Source of the DNA: Albugo candida
Taxonomy: Eukaryota
Direction: 5' to 3'
NCBI GenBank assembly: GCA_040437565.1
Contig: JBDOQK010000006.1
Span: 558,001 to 622,000 of the forward strand
DNA: 64,000 nucleotides
Part shown: in pieces, positions 34,244-46,247 of the stretch
How positions within the stretch are numbered: the first letter of the stretch is position 1
How the letters are laid out: each line of letters starts with the position of its first letter
Position numbers and translations under genes: made by a program
Notes under the pieces: model-generated
The model's database searches: none
Seen by the model: only the letters and a program-made list of their open reading frames with translations
What the model was told of the DNA's origin: nothing

Positions 34244-36979
34244 TCATGCAAGCATCATTGTATGTTCCTGATACGAGAAATCCTCAAAATGATGACCGTC
34301 ACCTTGTTTACCCTTGACTGGCGAATCCACAGCTAGCATACTCTGAAACATCTCTGGAACATTCGTGACGTCGTCTATACTTGAAACCTCTGGTACAAAT
34401 GGTGGTGTATACTCTTTTCGTAATACCTTTTCCCAGTCAAGTGGCTCAAAAAAAGCATGATCCATGATATCTTGACCTCCCCTTCGGCCAGATCCTAGTC
34501 GTTTAGATGGATCACGATTGAGCAATTTCAAGATTAGAGATCGAGCTGACGGCGAGACATACGATGGATAGACGATTTCTGCTTGCATTATATTCTTGAA
34601 CATTTGCCGTCGGTTCCGATCCACAAACGGTGTCTTTCCGGTCAACATTTCGAATAATAGTATTCCATAGCTCCACCAATCAACAACTTTTCCGTATGGA
34701 TGATGTCGTAACAGCTCTGGCGCCATGTATTCCGCGGTTCCACATATCGTTTTCATAGCCAAATCAGCTTGGGATGCTCGTATGTCTCCATTGATTGTCT
34801 GACCTTCTTTAGAGAGACCAAAATCAGTCAATGCGATGTTCCCCTGCTGGTCGATTAAAATGTTCTCCAGTTTCAAGTCCCTGTATGCGATTTGCTTTTC
34901 ATGCAGATGCATGAGAGCGAGCAGGAGTTGGGCCATATACATACGTGCACGTTCCTCGCTGAACCTTTTGCTTTTTCGCAAGTGATAAAACATGGAGCCA
35001 CCTGGATAATAATCCATGATGAGATATAACTTTTCCGAATTCTGAAATGCATAACGGAGACGAACAATAAATGGATGATCGATCTCTTTCAGTATATGTT
35101 GTTCTGCTCGAGTGTTTTCAATCTGCCCATTTTTTACAATGTGTGATTTGACTAAAATTTTCATGGCGAAGATGTCACCCCTACTTTTTCCTTCCTTCTT
35201 TTTCACTAGTAATACCTTGCCAAATGCACCACGACCAACAACCTTGAGGAGTTCAAAGTCTTCTATAGTCATCGGTTTTTTCTCCGCCTCTTTCGCCAAT
35301 TCACGTTGACGCATTACCGCTAGTCTCTCACTCATATTCTTCATTTCATCCGCATATTGATCGTGACGGTGTGCATACAGACTTCCTGCTAATCCTAGTG
35401 CCAGTGAGTCCGAGCTCATTCCTTGACTCCTGTAGCATGCTACTTTATTTTGCAACATCGTATTGAGATCACAGCACCCTAGACACACACGTTTCGCTTC
35501 ACTAAAACCAGGAAAGAAAAGTCGCTCCGAGCAGGAAGCACAAACAACGCGTAAGCACATCCGGCAGTAGCGCTTCCGATGTAGGACAAAGCTTTTTTGG
35601 CATAAGTAACAGCAATTATTGGAAGCATCGGTGGGGAGGGTACCCATGGAATCAAGTGATGCATTACCCAAACCTTGTCCTCCTGAGCTTGAGGGAGATG
35701 AATCGTTATATGCTGTGCGATTTTGTGATCGAATCAAGTTATCAGACCGTGCCACAAATGTGTCATGAATCCACTCCAAAGTTAATTCTACTTCCCCGTT
35801 TCCTCGTGATTGAGCATCCTTTCCATGTCGTAAGGCATACCATCTTCGATCCGCGCGATTTAGCCCAATCTCATTCATTTTGATACTTACATATCCCAAA
35901 TTTGTGCTACCAAGCGGAAACATTTTATCTTTGATAGAAATCGTAATAATCTCGTCAGCATTTCCAACTGGGAACGAAAAAGATTGGTTCCATTCCGGGT
36001 CCATGGTATATTTGTGGTTTCCGACAGTCTCTTTTTTCTGTCCTACACATTGCACGACTGCGAAAGGATTGTTGTACGGTTGCCCTGTAAGCCTGGCGCG
36101 ATTTACTGTAACCACAACTTTATTTGGTAACGTGGCACGTATGGCATCAATGGCCTCATTCATTCCTAATGTAACTGCTTGAAAGAAAACAAATGTAGAA
36201 GTCTGTACTGAGTGCAGCGTCCAGTCTCGATTGGAAATATCCCCCGACGAACGACCAACTGATAGTGAGGTACATCCTAACTGGCTCCGTGATGCAGCAA
36301 TTTCTGAAAATGTTGGTTCATCCGAAGCCTCAAAATTGACACTACGTGTGCTTAGAATTTTCCGCGTGTGTGCAGAATCTGTCGGCGAAATAGTGTGTGA
36401 GGATTCGACAAAAACAATTCCAGCAACTCGAGTCGAATCCCTCTTGGATAGATTATTTAGCAATGTCTTCAGTAGAGCCCCAGCGTTGTCGTACGCGACA
36501 AAGTTGATTTCTTTTGCTGCATTTGGCATGATGTATTGCTTCCATACATACATAACATGATCTTGAGGTGTACTGGCATGTAAGATTTTCGTTCGATGTC
36601 CATGCACTATCGCCGTGTTTGTACTTGGATTCATGATGACAACTGCAAATCCACTCTGTGTCGCAGTCTTGAGGTAAGGTATCATCGAGCTTTGAAAACC
36701 GTTTTTTGCATTGATGATTTTACTCCATATGCCTGGCTTTATTCCGGGACCTGCCTGCAAAAATATGCACAGTTTTGTGCAAGTTGCGTAATTATGCGAC
36801 ACGAAAATGTTGGCTTTTGCTTCCGCTCGAGAATTTGGAATGAATATCTCACGAAGTAGTAACTCGTTTTTCATTTTTGATTGTATTTGACCTATAAGAG
36901 ACTGAACAAGTTCCTCTAGTTCATCTTCATTACGACTAGAGAAAGCTCTGTTAGCATCGCTCGAAGTTGCGCCTCGCAT
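34244..36979 (-). CDS. AGC kinase (Akt/SGK/S6K-like) with ARB2/FAM172A-like, C2 and FYVE domains
   Basis: 911-aa ORF; kinase motifs GRGAFGKV, YRDLKLEN, DFGLSK, TICGTAEY, FEDFSY; C2 (KETV...MDPEWNQSFSF); 8-Cys FYVE-like finger; N-terminal ARB2-like motifs. Confidence 0.9.
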   Translation of the reverse strand: MRGATSSDANRAFSSRNEDELEELVQSLIGQIQSKMKNELLLREIFIPNSRAEAKANIFVSHNYATCTKLCIFLQAGPGIKPGIWSKIINAKNGFQSSMIPYLKTATQSGFAVVIMNPSTNTAIVHGHRTKILHASTPQDHVMYVWKQYIMPNAAKEINFVAYDNAGALLKTLLNNLSKRDSTRVAGIVFVESSHTISPTDSAHTRKILSTRSVNFEASDEPTFSEIAASRSQLGCTSLSVGRSSGDISNRDWTLHSVQTSTFVFFQAVTLGMNEAIDAIRATLPNKVVVTVNRARLTGQPYNNPFAVVQCVGQKKETVGNHKYTMDPEWNQSFSFPVGNADEIITISIKDKMFPLGSTNLGYVSIKMNEIGLNRADRRWYALRHGKDAQSRGNGEVELTLEWIHDTFVARSDNLIRSQNRTAYNDSSPSSSGGQGLGNASLDSMGTLPTDASNNCCYLCQKSFVLHRKRYCRMCLRVVCASCSERLFFPGFSEAKRVCLGCCDLNTMLQNKVACYRSQGMSSDSLALGLAGSLYAHRHDQYADEMKNMSERLAVMRQRELAKEAEKKPMTIEDFELLKVVGRGAFGKVLLVKKKEGKSRGDIFAMKILVKSHIVKNGQIENTRAEQHILKEIDHPFIVRLRYAFQNSEKLYLIMDYYPGGSMFYHLRKSKRFSEERARMYMAQLLLALMHLHEKQIAYRDLKLENILIDQQGNIALTDFGLSKEGQTINGDIRASQADLAMKTICGTAEYMAPELLRHHPYGKVVDWWSYGILLFEMLTGKTPFVDRNRRQMFKNIMQAEIVYPSYVSPSARSLILKLLNRDPSKRLGSGRRGGQDIMDHAFFEPLDWEKVLRKEYTPPFVPEVSSIDDVTNVPEMFQSMLAVDSPVKGKQGDGHHFEDFSYQEHTMMLA

Positions 36980-37391
36980 CTGTATGAGTCACGTTGATCC
37001 TCGCGATGCAACTAGTCTTTTTAGTGAAGAGACGTTTCTAACATCTCAACAATGAGAGGATTATCAATAGACGAAATGCGTTTGATCGCATAAAATTACG
37101 TCTCTGGTAATCCAGGAAGACTGCTTTATCAGCCGTCAATACTAAAATGTATACTACTCAACAACGCTGACTCGTCAAATTGGTAATGCAGCGCCTGTAC
37201 TAGGTAGAAAAAAGTGCGGTAGAATGACATTATAGCGATCTCCTATCGACGTGCAAAAATGGGGACTTTTGCACGGACTAATATCCACGTCCTTCGAAAA
37301 CCGTCAGCGTTCTATTTTCACACTTGTTGAGATAAAGAGACGCGTAGAACATTCGGCAGACTTGTACATCCATAAAAATCTTTTGAATGAA

Positions 37392-38926
37392 ATGTCGTAC
37401 CGGGAACTTCGGAACTTGGCTGAGATGATGAGATCACTAGGATATCCTCGACCGATATCAGTTGAAAACTTCAGAACGCCAAACTTCGAGCTCGTATCAG
37501 ATTTGCTTTACTGGATGGTAAAAAAATATGACCCCTCTTGTAACGTCACGGGCGAAATCGATACTGAAGAAGATCGAGTTGAATTTGTCACACAAGTAAC
37601 TTCTGAGGTCTTGTTCAAGGCTAGAATTCGACTTAATCCAAAAAAACTGTACGCAGCGGATGGATTTGCTGTAAAAGAGCTAATTCGATTGGCTGACACG
37701 CTGTATCGGGCTTCACGTATCTCTACTGTCACACCGCAAGGTGTGTACGATGATGAAGATGAGGTTTCGATAAAAAGTATCGTAGCTTCTCGTGTGAAAG
37801 ATCCCAAAGCAACTCGTCAACTATCTCATGATTTGATGCAAAGTGGAGTGAAGCTGTACGACCTCCTGGAAGCGGAACTAGACATTCGTACCTCCCGCCA
37901 ATCAGCACTTCGCTTCCTGGATGCTTTGGGAAACAATGGCGACAATTCAATCGAAGAAAGGCACCTTGAGAGAAGTGTGAAGGAGATTGTGAATGACACA
38001 CAAAAATCTGTCGAAATTACTGAACGTCAAGTTATTGAGCTAGAAGCAGAGGAAAAAGCATTGACTGCCAAGATAAAGAAGGCACAAGTCGACCTTGAAC
38101 GCAGTGAGAAGCGCTTGAGGAGTCTACAAAATGTACGACCCGCCTTCATGGACGAATATGAAAAGCTAGAGAAGGAACTAGAACGTCAATATGCAGTATG
38201 TTTGGACTTTACCACGGTGATAATGGGGCTCAACTTGTTTATTATGCTCAGATTTATTGTGAGCGATTTCGAAACCTGGACTATTTGCAACGGGAGTTGG
38301 ATCTACATAACGCTCGGGAATTGAAACGGTTGGCAGAGAATGATCGATCGCTGAAGAAGCTACAGAAAAAGTTCCGAGATGACGAGCTTGCCATCTTACG
38401 AGGAGAACAAGAAGACCCATTGGAAAATTCTTTTGCTAATAACAATAATGATGATGATATCGCTAGCACCAAGTCTGTTCGCGCGACCAAAACATCTGCC
38501 AAGTCAAAAGAGAATTTAAGTAATTCTCCAGCGTTATCAACAAAACCAAATCTCGATTCTCGTCAACATCAAGCTGGTCACGATACTCGAATGGGACAGG
38601 CTTTACAAGTAAGAAGTAGAATGAAAGGTCAAGCCAGGCATTCAAGACAACAAGAAAAAGAAAGCGACGAAGATGAAAGTGATTCCGGTGATGATAGCGT
38701 AAGCAGCGGAGATGATGATGATTTAAGCAGTGAGGGTACTGGAGTAGATGATCAACATGATGCACAGTCCGTCTCTACGATTTCGGACTCGGAAGAAGTG
38801 TCATTAGCAGACTCAATTAATTCCCTTGACAAAGATGACGAACTGGGATTCGATGAAGACCAGGATGACTCTGAGTCCGAGCACTCAGGTTCCAGGGTCG
38901 AGTACGATTCGGATCAGAACTTCTGA
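37392..38926 (+). CDS. CLUAP1: Clusterin-associated protein 1 / IFT38
   Basis: MSYRELRNLAEMMRSLGYPRPISVENFRTPNFELV, KKLYAADGFAVKEL, VRPAFMDEYEKLE, RFRNLDYL; intron 38196-38251; acidic tail. Confidence 0.95.
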
Positions 38927-39019
38927 ATATAGCAGTAGTATCATATTTTGTAACGTTTATCACATCATGCATAGTGTGGATTCCCAAGATATCAACAGAG
39001 AAGAGAGCATGTTCTCATT

Positions 39020-40050
39020 CTCTTCTGTCTTCCGTATCATATCTGCTTCGAGTTTTATCTCTGATTCACTGAATGTGATACCAATATGTCGACATTGTCC
39101 TATATTTTCCTAAATCTTCATTTTTGATTGCTCAAAATACTCGGTCAGTCTCCGGGGAGGAAGATTGAGAGCACGTAGTCGTAGACCGTGGCATCCGACA
39201 AACAACATGCAGACTGCTCCATATTGTGCGTACATCATGAAACATACTCAAAGCATTCACTACTGCAAATCTGTCGTACTTAGCAGCTTTATGCAGTCCA
39301 GATGTTTCAATTGAGAGCATTCGCCGGTGCAAAATAGCACTCTCCTTCGCGAATCGCACTGCAAGTCCCGTAAGTCTCCATAGACACTCCTGGATTTTTA
39401 CCGATGGGCTGGATACATCATGAAGCAATTTGGCGAAAAGAGTTAAAATAAGAACTCCTTCATTTCCATAAAGAGCTATACGATCAAGACACTTTGACAG
39501 TAATTGAGGCACAATTTCCATCTAGTTTGGTGGATATCATAACCCATCCAAAAGCACCAAGATAAATGAGGGCGACAAGATGGGTCTGGCTGGGTATGTT
39601 AAAAAACACAGATGCCAATGGGCAAGGCTTGTCTAATTGACTTTGATACCGTATGGTAGTCTCGTCCTTGTCGAGGGAGATGCTAACCGTCTCTCGGCTC
39701 AACGAACACGTGAGCTCAGTCCAGTTACACAATATTAATGCACGCAAGCTGACCGTATCGAGAACACCTGTTGATATGATATGAACTTGGACCACAAAAA
39801 AAGTTACGGAGTTAGCTGCAGTTCTCAATTCGGACTGACTCCTTTGATTATAAATCTTTTTTGTCGATGGTTGCCGGGAGCCAGATATAGACCTGAGACT
39901 GCTTCAAGAAAAATTCGGGCGTGTGCTTTTTTGGTACATAGATCCCGGGCAGGGCGCCATCTTGATTAGCGCAGGAGATATTTCACTCACGCCACTAAGA
40001 GTTAGCTATGTACTTCGGAAAGTAAGATGTATCTATGCGAAAAAAGTAAT
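39020..40050 (-). pseudogene. Decayed copy A of the TFIIIC-1 5' end plus upstream DNA
   Basis: Reverse complement aligns to ~21970-23155; MEIVPQLLSKCLDRIALYGNEGVL, then deletions and frameshifts. Confidence 0.85.
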
Positions 40051-40079
40051 CAAAGAAATCTTTATGCCGCACGTGTTAT

Positions 40080-40448
40080 GTGGAATGGGGCACTCCTGTT
40101 TGCGCAATTTCGCGGCCTCTATTCGAGAATGACGAAGCTGTACAGATAATTGTTTTATATCGCTAATGAGGACACAATGTATTTTTATCTAATTGGACTA
40201 CATCTACACAAGCAGCTTTCATTTTGCGTAGTTGACCCATTACCCATTCGGTTCGTAATAACGCCTAACAACAAGAAGGAGGCTGTACTTTGCATCTTGG
40301 CCGCTGTTCATTTGTAGGTATTATACTATTCTGTAATTGTCGATATCGAGGTGTTCAACGTGAAGTAATAGTACTAGTAGCTGATCAATCTTCGTAAATC
40401 CTCCCAGCATATCAGATACATATGATTAAAGTATCACCTGTAGTGGCT
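40080..40448 (-). repeat. Dispersed repeat 'X', copy 2
   Basis: AGCCACTACAGGTGATACTTTAATCATATGTATCTGATATGCTGG (minus strand) versus AGCCACTACTGGTGATACTTTATTCATATGTATCTGATACGCTGG at 13683; weaker beyond. Confidence 0.55.
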
Positions 40449-40559
40449 NNNNNNNNNNNNNNNNNNNNNNNNNNNNNNNNNNNNNNNNNNNNNNNNNNNN
40501 NNNNNNNNNNNNNNNNNNNNNNNNNNNNNNNNNNNNNNNNNNNNNNNNATAAGGTCGGT

Positions 40560-41847
40560 AATGGAGAGACAACACGATGTAATTCTCATACTTTGCCCGT
40601 CACGTTGCGAGGATGTATTTCTCACTTTAGAAGCATCAATTTGTTCTCACTTCACAGTTGGGGCACTAAACGATGCAGAGTGCTGCGAATTGTGCGATGT
40701 GAGCATTCCCGCGCTTGCCGGCCATCTTCCTTTTCAAGGCAATAGTGTTTGCTTTAAGTGAAAATAGAGCCACCATTTCTTCCTTCTTGATCCGTCCATT
40801 ATGGGGTATAACCGCTGTATACGGTCTCCTTCTACCGTGTGTACACCTTCGCTACTGATGGCGTTTTTCAAGGTCTTCATTCATCCCGCTGCTCGTACCA
40901 GCACTTTCTTTTGAGGAGGCAGTCAAATCATTGCTCTCTGTAGTCGTTGGGAAGTTGCCAGACCCCAGATGTCCTTGATATCCGTTCTCGACGCTTTGTT
41001 TTTGACTGTCGGATATTGTTCTGGTGTACATTTGGCTTTCTGAAAGTCATCTTTACAGACCTTTGAAGTTGTATCTCTTTCTCAATTCAATTCATCTGCA
41101 CCTAAGAGACCAAAGCATCGAAATCCATCGTTTTTTCCTGTCAGTTCTTGCCGTGCGACGAGTTGGTAGCGGGAAACGATTTCACTAAGAAATTTTTGAG
41201 GCAACTTGTTCCAGGTAAACATAAAAAATCGTTTCGGCTTTGCTGTATCCATCTCCGTGACTGAGTCTTGGTATCCATTGCATGTACCATGTACCTTCTC
41301 GCATGTCACAATGTACTTTGACACAATACAATGACTTGTTCTCTTTGTTTGAGTTACCACAATGCGGTAGAGCTGCCTGAAAACAAACCAAAGGATATTG
41401 AGATTGCTTTGTGCATTTTTTGTTCGGAGTACTTCCAGCTGACGTCTATTCAGACCTAAATCATATCCCAGTTCCACCGAGACAGCAGATTGATTTACTT
41501 GCTTTTGTGAATAATTAATCGTAGATTGGATAAACTTAGCTTTGTACGCATCATCTCACCAAAGGAAAATTCATCAGTTTTGTGGAGCATCTCAGGCTGA
41601 ATCATGCCTGCAAATCTGGGAAGGTGTAGGATATTAAGTTTTCGCTGAGCCGGTTTCTGAACAAGCCTTGTCCGATTCCTGACCAGAGGCTATGAAACCA
41701 ATGCATCAAATTCTTGATGCAGCTTCTTAAGATTCCACGCTGCGGGTTTTGCATCCTTATCATCTTTCGTAGGAGGGAAGAAAAAAGTTGTCTTCATCCA
41801 GTGTTTCGTATATATAAACAAAACAAATTCACTTCAAACGGCAATAC
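40560..41847 (-). pseudogene. Decayed copy B of a TFIIIC-1 internal segment
   Basis: Reverse complement aligns to ~23160-24570 (e.g. ELGYDLGLNRRQLEVLRT, EMDTAKPK, VSRYQLVARQELTGKNDGFR) with frameshifts. Confidence 0.88.
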
Positions 41848-42354
41848 ATTTTGCTTGGAAGTCTGCGTTGATATATTCTTTGTTCCTTCACGATCCATTG
41901 TATCGAGAGAATCTCGATGTGTATTTACCAGTGTACCATAAAACTAAATCAGGTATCAGCGATATCTCTTTCCGTCTTCTTGATCCAGCAAATAATCTTC
42001 CCATATCAAGTATGATTGTATACTGTTAATAAATAATGATCGCGGAAGAGCTGTCGTTAGTTGACCCCCCCTAATTGCTCTAACAGCGTTTGTTCTTGAG
42101 CCCATTATGTTGAGAAGAAGGATGTTCCGTAGTACTTTTCGATGCATACAAAAACCGTTATCGAGAAATGACAAATAGGTTTACATGTACAGGAGCCCGG
42201 CACTTGAGCGTTTCTCTCAAAGAATCCCTTTCACACAGACACATGTGAGAAGTCTAGTATTGAGGGGTGCCTTTATCTGCGTGTGGTGTGCACGGTTCAC
42301 CGATAACCGGTTGGCGTAATCATCCTCATCATTGAGGTAAAAAACGCAAAGACA

Positions 42355-45292
42355 ATGGCTCGAAAAAAGAATCAACGATCTGGAGCGGATTTATCGGATG
42401 GAAGTGACGCAGAGCGCGTCGTGATAGAGTCCAAGTCGTCTGACAAGGATAGAGAAAAGATAGAGAAAAAAGAGAAACGTAAAGAAAAGCTGAAAGCACG
42501 AAAAGCAATGAAGCAACAAGAAACTGCTGAAAAAAGTGAAGAGAAGATTGATGATGATGACGAAGTCAGTTCAAGAAAGGAAGCTGCCACATCAATCAAG
42601 AACAATAAAAAAACGTCAAAGCATCGCAGCAGTGCCTCAAAAGTCACATCATTCGCTGCATTGAATGACAATAGCACGGATGAAGACGAGGATGATGACG
42701 ATGTAGAGGAGGAAGACAAGGGAAAAAATGGCAGTCTAGAAGCTGGCTACTCTATCAGCAGTGATAGAAATGCTACGACCGAGCAGCCCAGAGATAGACT
42801 TGATGATAAGATGAAGAAGCAAAAAAAAAAGAAAATCATTCCAACCTCGCTATTTTTTGATCCAGTAGAACCAGCTGATAGTCTTGATGGCTCGAAAAAA
42901 GACAAGAAAGACAAAATCTCGAAACGAAAGCAGAAAAAATCTGTTCTTTTGTCAACACCTTTAGAAGAACGTGTGAACACATATACTGGAGACGGTGACG
43001 CTGATGGTGATGGTGAAGGTGACGACGGTGAGGAAGGAGTCAGTAATAAAAAAGAAGGAAAGCGTCTCAGCAACAAGGAGAGAAAGCGACTAAAAGAAGA
43101 GAAGGAACGACAAAAACGTGAAGAAGAGTACCATAAAGCTGTGAATCCACTGGATGGATCGCAATTTGCTGTTTCACAACAAGCTCTCACGGAAGACGCA
43201 AATTGGGAAAATGCTACCGACATTCATATTGATAATTTCACGATCAATGCTCATAGTAAACTGCTTTTTGATAGTGCTTCGCTCCATATCAATCATGGAG
43301 GAAAATACGGTCTCGTGGGTCCAAATGGTCAAGGAAAGACAACGCTCCTAAAGATGATTGCTATAGGTGAATTAAAAATTCCACCAAAAATCGACTGCCT
43401 GTATGTCGAACAGGAAGTTGTTGCTGATGAGACTCGTGCTGTCGATGCTGTATTGAAAGCTGACACAAAAAGGTGGGCACTATTGGAAGAAGAAGCGAGT
43501 TTGCTGTCGCAATTGGAGAAAACATCAGATTCTGATCTAGATGATCGACTCAATGAAGTGTACGAGCAATTGGCAGTAGCAGATGCCGCTGCCGCGGAAT
43601 CTCGTGCTCGACGCATATTGTTCGGTCTTGGATTTGACTCGGAGATGCAAGAAAAGTCAACACAAGATTTTTCTGGTGGATGGAGGATGCGTATCTCACT
43701 AGCAAAAGCGCTGTACGTGGAACCAACACTGCTAATGCTGGACGAGCCCACGAATCATCTTGATTTGAATGCTGTTATCTGGCTCGATGATTACCTGCAA
43801 AAATGGAAGAAAACACTCTTGGTAGTTTCTCACGATGCCGATTTTTTGAATAGTGTTTGCACGGAAGTACTTCATCTAGAAAGTCGCAAAATAGCTCATT
43901 ACAAGGGCAACTATGATCAATTTCGTGAAATGGAGGTGCAAAAGCGAAAACAAATGGAGAAGGCTTGGGAAAAACAGCAAAAGCAACTAAGAAATTTGAA
44001 GGCATCCGGGAAATCTTCAAAGAAGGCCAATGAGATCGTGAAGAAAAAACGTGAACCAGGCGCACGAGCTACGAAGAAGAAGAATACCGAATCCACCGAA
44101 TCTGCACTTGTGTCGTCTGATCAGACCGATTTGCTGGAGCGCCCTCGAGAATACGTTGTGAAATTCAGCTTCCCAGAAATCAGCAAGGTCTCACCTCCAA
44201 TTCTCGAAGTCCGTGAGGTCAGTTTCCGTTACAATGAATCCCAACCGTACCTTTTCAAAAATATCGACTTTGGTATCGACACGGATTCCCGCGTCTGTAT
44301 CGTTGGACCCAATGGTGTCGGTAAAAGTACGCTACTGAAGATTATAACCGAAGAAGTTCGAGTAAGCGTAGGTGAAGTACGTTTGAACCCCCGGATTCGC
44401 GTTGGAATCTACAATCAGCATTTTGTGGATAAGCTACCGATGGGTGAAACTCCTGTAGAATATCTTCGCAGGCTCTTCAACGAACAGACATATCAACAAG
44501 GTACGATAGAGCTCCACTCAATTCAAAGATAGTGCTCATTTTCTCTTTGTAGTGCGAAACTTGCTCGGAAAAGTTGGTTTGGAAGGACATGCGCATGAGA
44601 TAAAAAATCGCTTATTGTCGGGTGGACAAAAAGCACGCGTAGTGATTGCGGAATTAGTTTTGATGCGACCTCATATTCTGATCCTGGATGAGCCGACCAA
44701 CAACTTGGATATTGAATCCATCGACGCACTCTGTGATGCCATCANNNNNNNNNNNNNNNNNNNNNNNNNNNNNNNNNNNNNNNNNNNNNNNNNNNNNNNN
44801 NNNNNNNNNNNNNNNNNNNNNNNNNNNNNNNNNNNNNNNNNNNNTGCTCATTTTCTCTTTGTAGTGCGAAACTTGCTCGGAAAAGTTGGTTTGGAAGGAC
44901 ATGCGCATGAGATAAAAAATCGCTTATTGTCGGGTGGACAAAAAGCACGCGTAGTGATTGCGGAATTAGTTTTGATGCGACCTCATATTCTGATCCTGGA
45001 TGAGCCGACCAACAACTTGGATATTGAATCCATCGACGCACTCTGTGATGCCATCAAGGAATATGATGGAGGAGTCGTGATTGTGACCCACGATGCACGT
45101 CTGATTGAATCAACAAATTGCTTATTATGGGTTGTGGGTGATCAAGATGTTGTAGAATTTGATGGTAAATTTTCAGATTATAGACAGCTTATCCTCGACG
45201 ATTTGGCCAAGAAAGCGACAGTGGAGGAAGAACGATTGCAAGACAGGGCGTTGAAGAAATCTCAAGCCCGCGCAACATTGAAGTCAAAGTAG
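42355..45292 (+). CDS. ABCF1: ABC-F family translation-associated ATPase (ABCF1/ABC50-like)
   Basis: Charged N-terminus; two ABC domains ([26 protein letters not shown] and [26 protein letters not shown]); no TM segments; intron 44501-44552; 44533-44744 repeated at 44845-45056 across a gap. Confidence 0.92.
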
Positions 45293-45563
45293 CTAATGTT
45301 AGATAACATTTCAACGATAACATTTACNNNNNNNNNNNNNNNNNNNNNNNNNNNNNNNNNNNNNNNNNNNNNNNNNNNNNNNNNNNNNNNNNNNNNNNNN
45401 NNNNNNNNNNNNNNNNNNNNNNNNNNNGTTAGATAACATTTCAACGATAACATTTACGATGTTTTGTCAATATTACCTCATTGGATGAAATTATTGCAAA
45501 TGTGTCAAAATTCATTGGTTCGGAGGAATCGACTCGATTCGGCTTTCGATAACACTTGCAAAC

Positions 45564-46170
45564 ATGGCGGAAAAAGGTCCTGTGACTGTGCGTACGCGCA
45601 AATTTCTTCGTAATACACTTCTAGCACGCGTCCAAATGGTAAGCTGGTCGGGTTTATGTTCAGAAAGGGACTCAGGAAGTAACTCTGCGGTGGTGGTGTC
45701 AACTTTAGGTCGTTGAGGTGATCCATCCTGGACGTGCCAATGTTCCAAAAGCGGAACTGCAGGAAAAAGTCGGAAAGGTCGGTCTATATCGATGATAGTG
45801 AGGCTCGACAAAATCATTATCTCTTTTCTCAGATGTATAAGGTGAAGGACACAAACACAGTGGTTCTTTATGGATTTCGAACACAGTTTGGTGGCGGTAA
45901 AAGCACGGGTTTCGGACTTATTTACGACTCTGTGAACGACGCGAAGCGCTTCGAACCGAAATATCGTCTGATTCGCGTACGTTCAGCTTCGACTGAAACA
46001 AAGCAGAATCATGATATTGATCTTGCATGTTTTTGTTATATTAGCAAGGGCTTGCCGAAAAGGTGGAATCATCCCGTAAGCAGATCAAAGAAGCGAAAAA
46101 TCGGAAGAAGAAAATCCGAGGAGTTGGTCGTCGTATTGCACGACACAAAGCCGCGAAGGCTAACAAGTAG
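45564..46170 (+). CDS. RPS24: 40S ribosomal protein S24 (eS24)
   Basis: Four exons: [19 protein letters not shown] / [17 protein letters not shown] / [29 protein letters not shown] / [16 protein letters not shown]. Confidence 0.95.
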
Positions 46171-46247
46171 AGATGAAAACCAGTCACAGAAACTCGCATC
46201 CGCTGTCTGTTCAACTTTTTCTGAGCCACGGTACAAGAACATCTTGT

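Noticed and set aside
42372-43751. Ser/Phe-rich minus-strand ORFs
   Set aside because: Antisense shadows of the charged ABCF sequence; the same applies to most short ORFs overlapping long genes.
44533-45056. Apparent extra ABC motif set in ABCF
   Set aside because: Exact gap-flanking duplicate that includes intron sequence.
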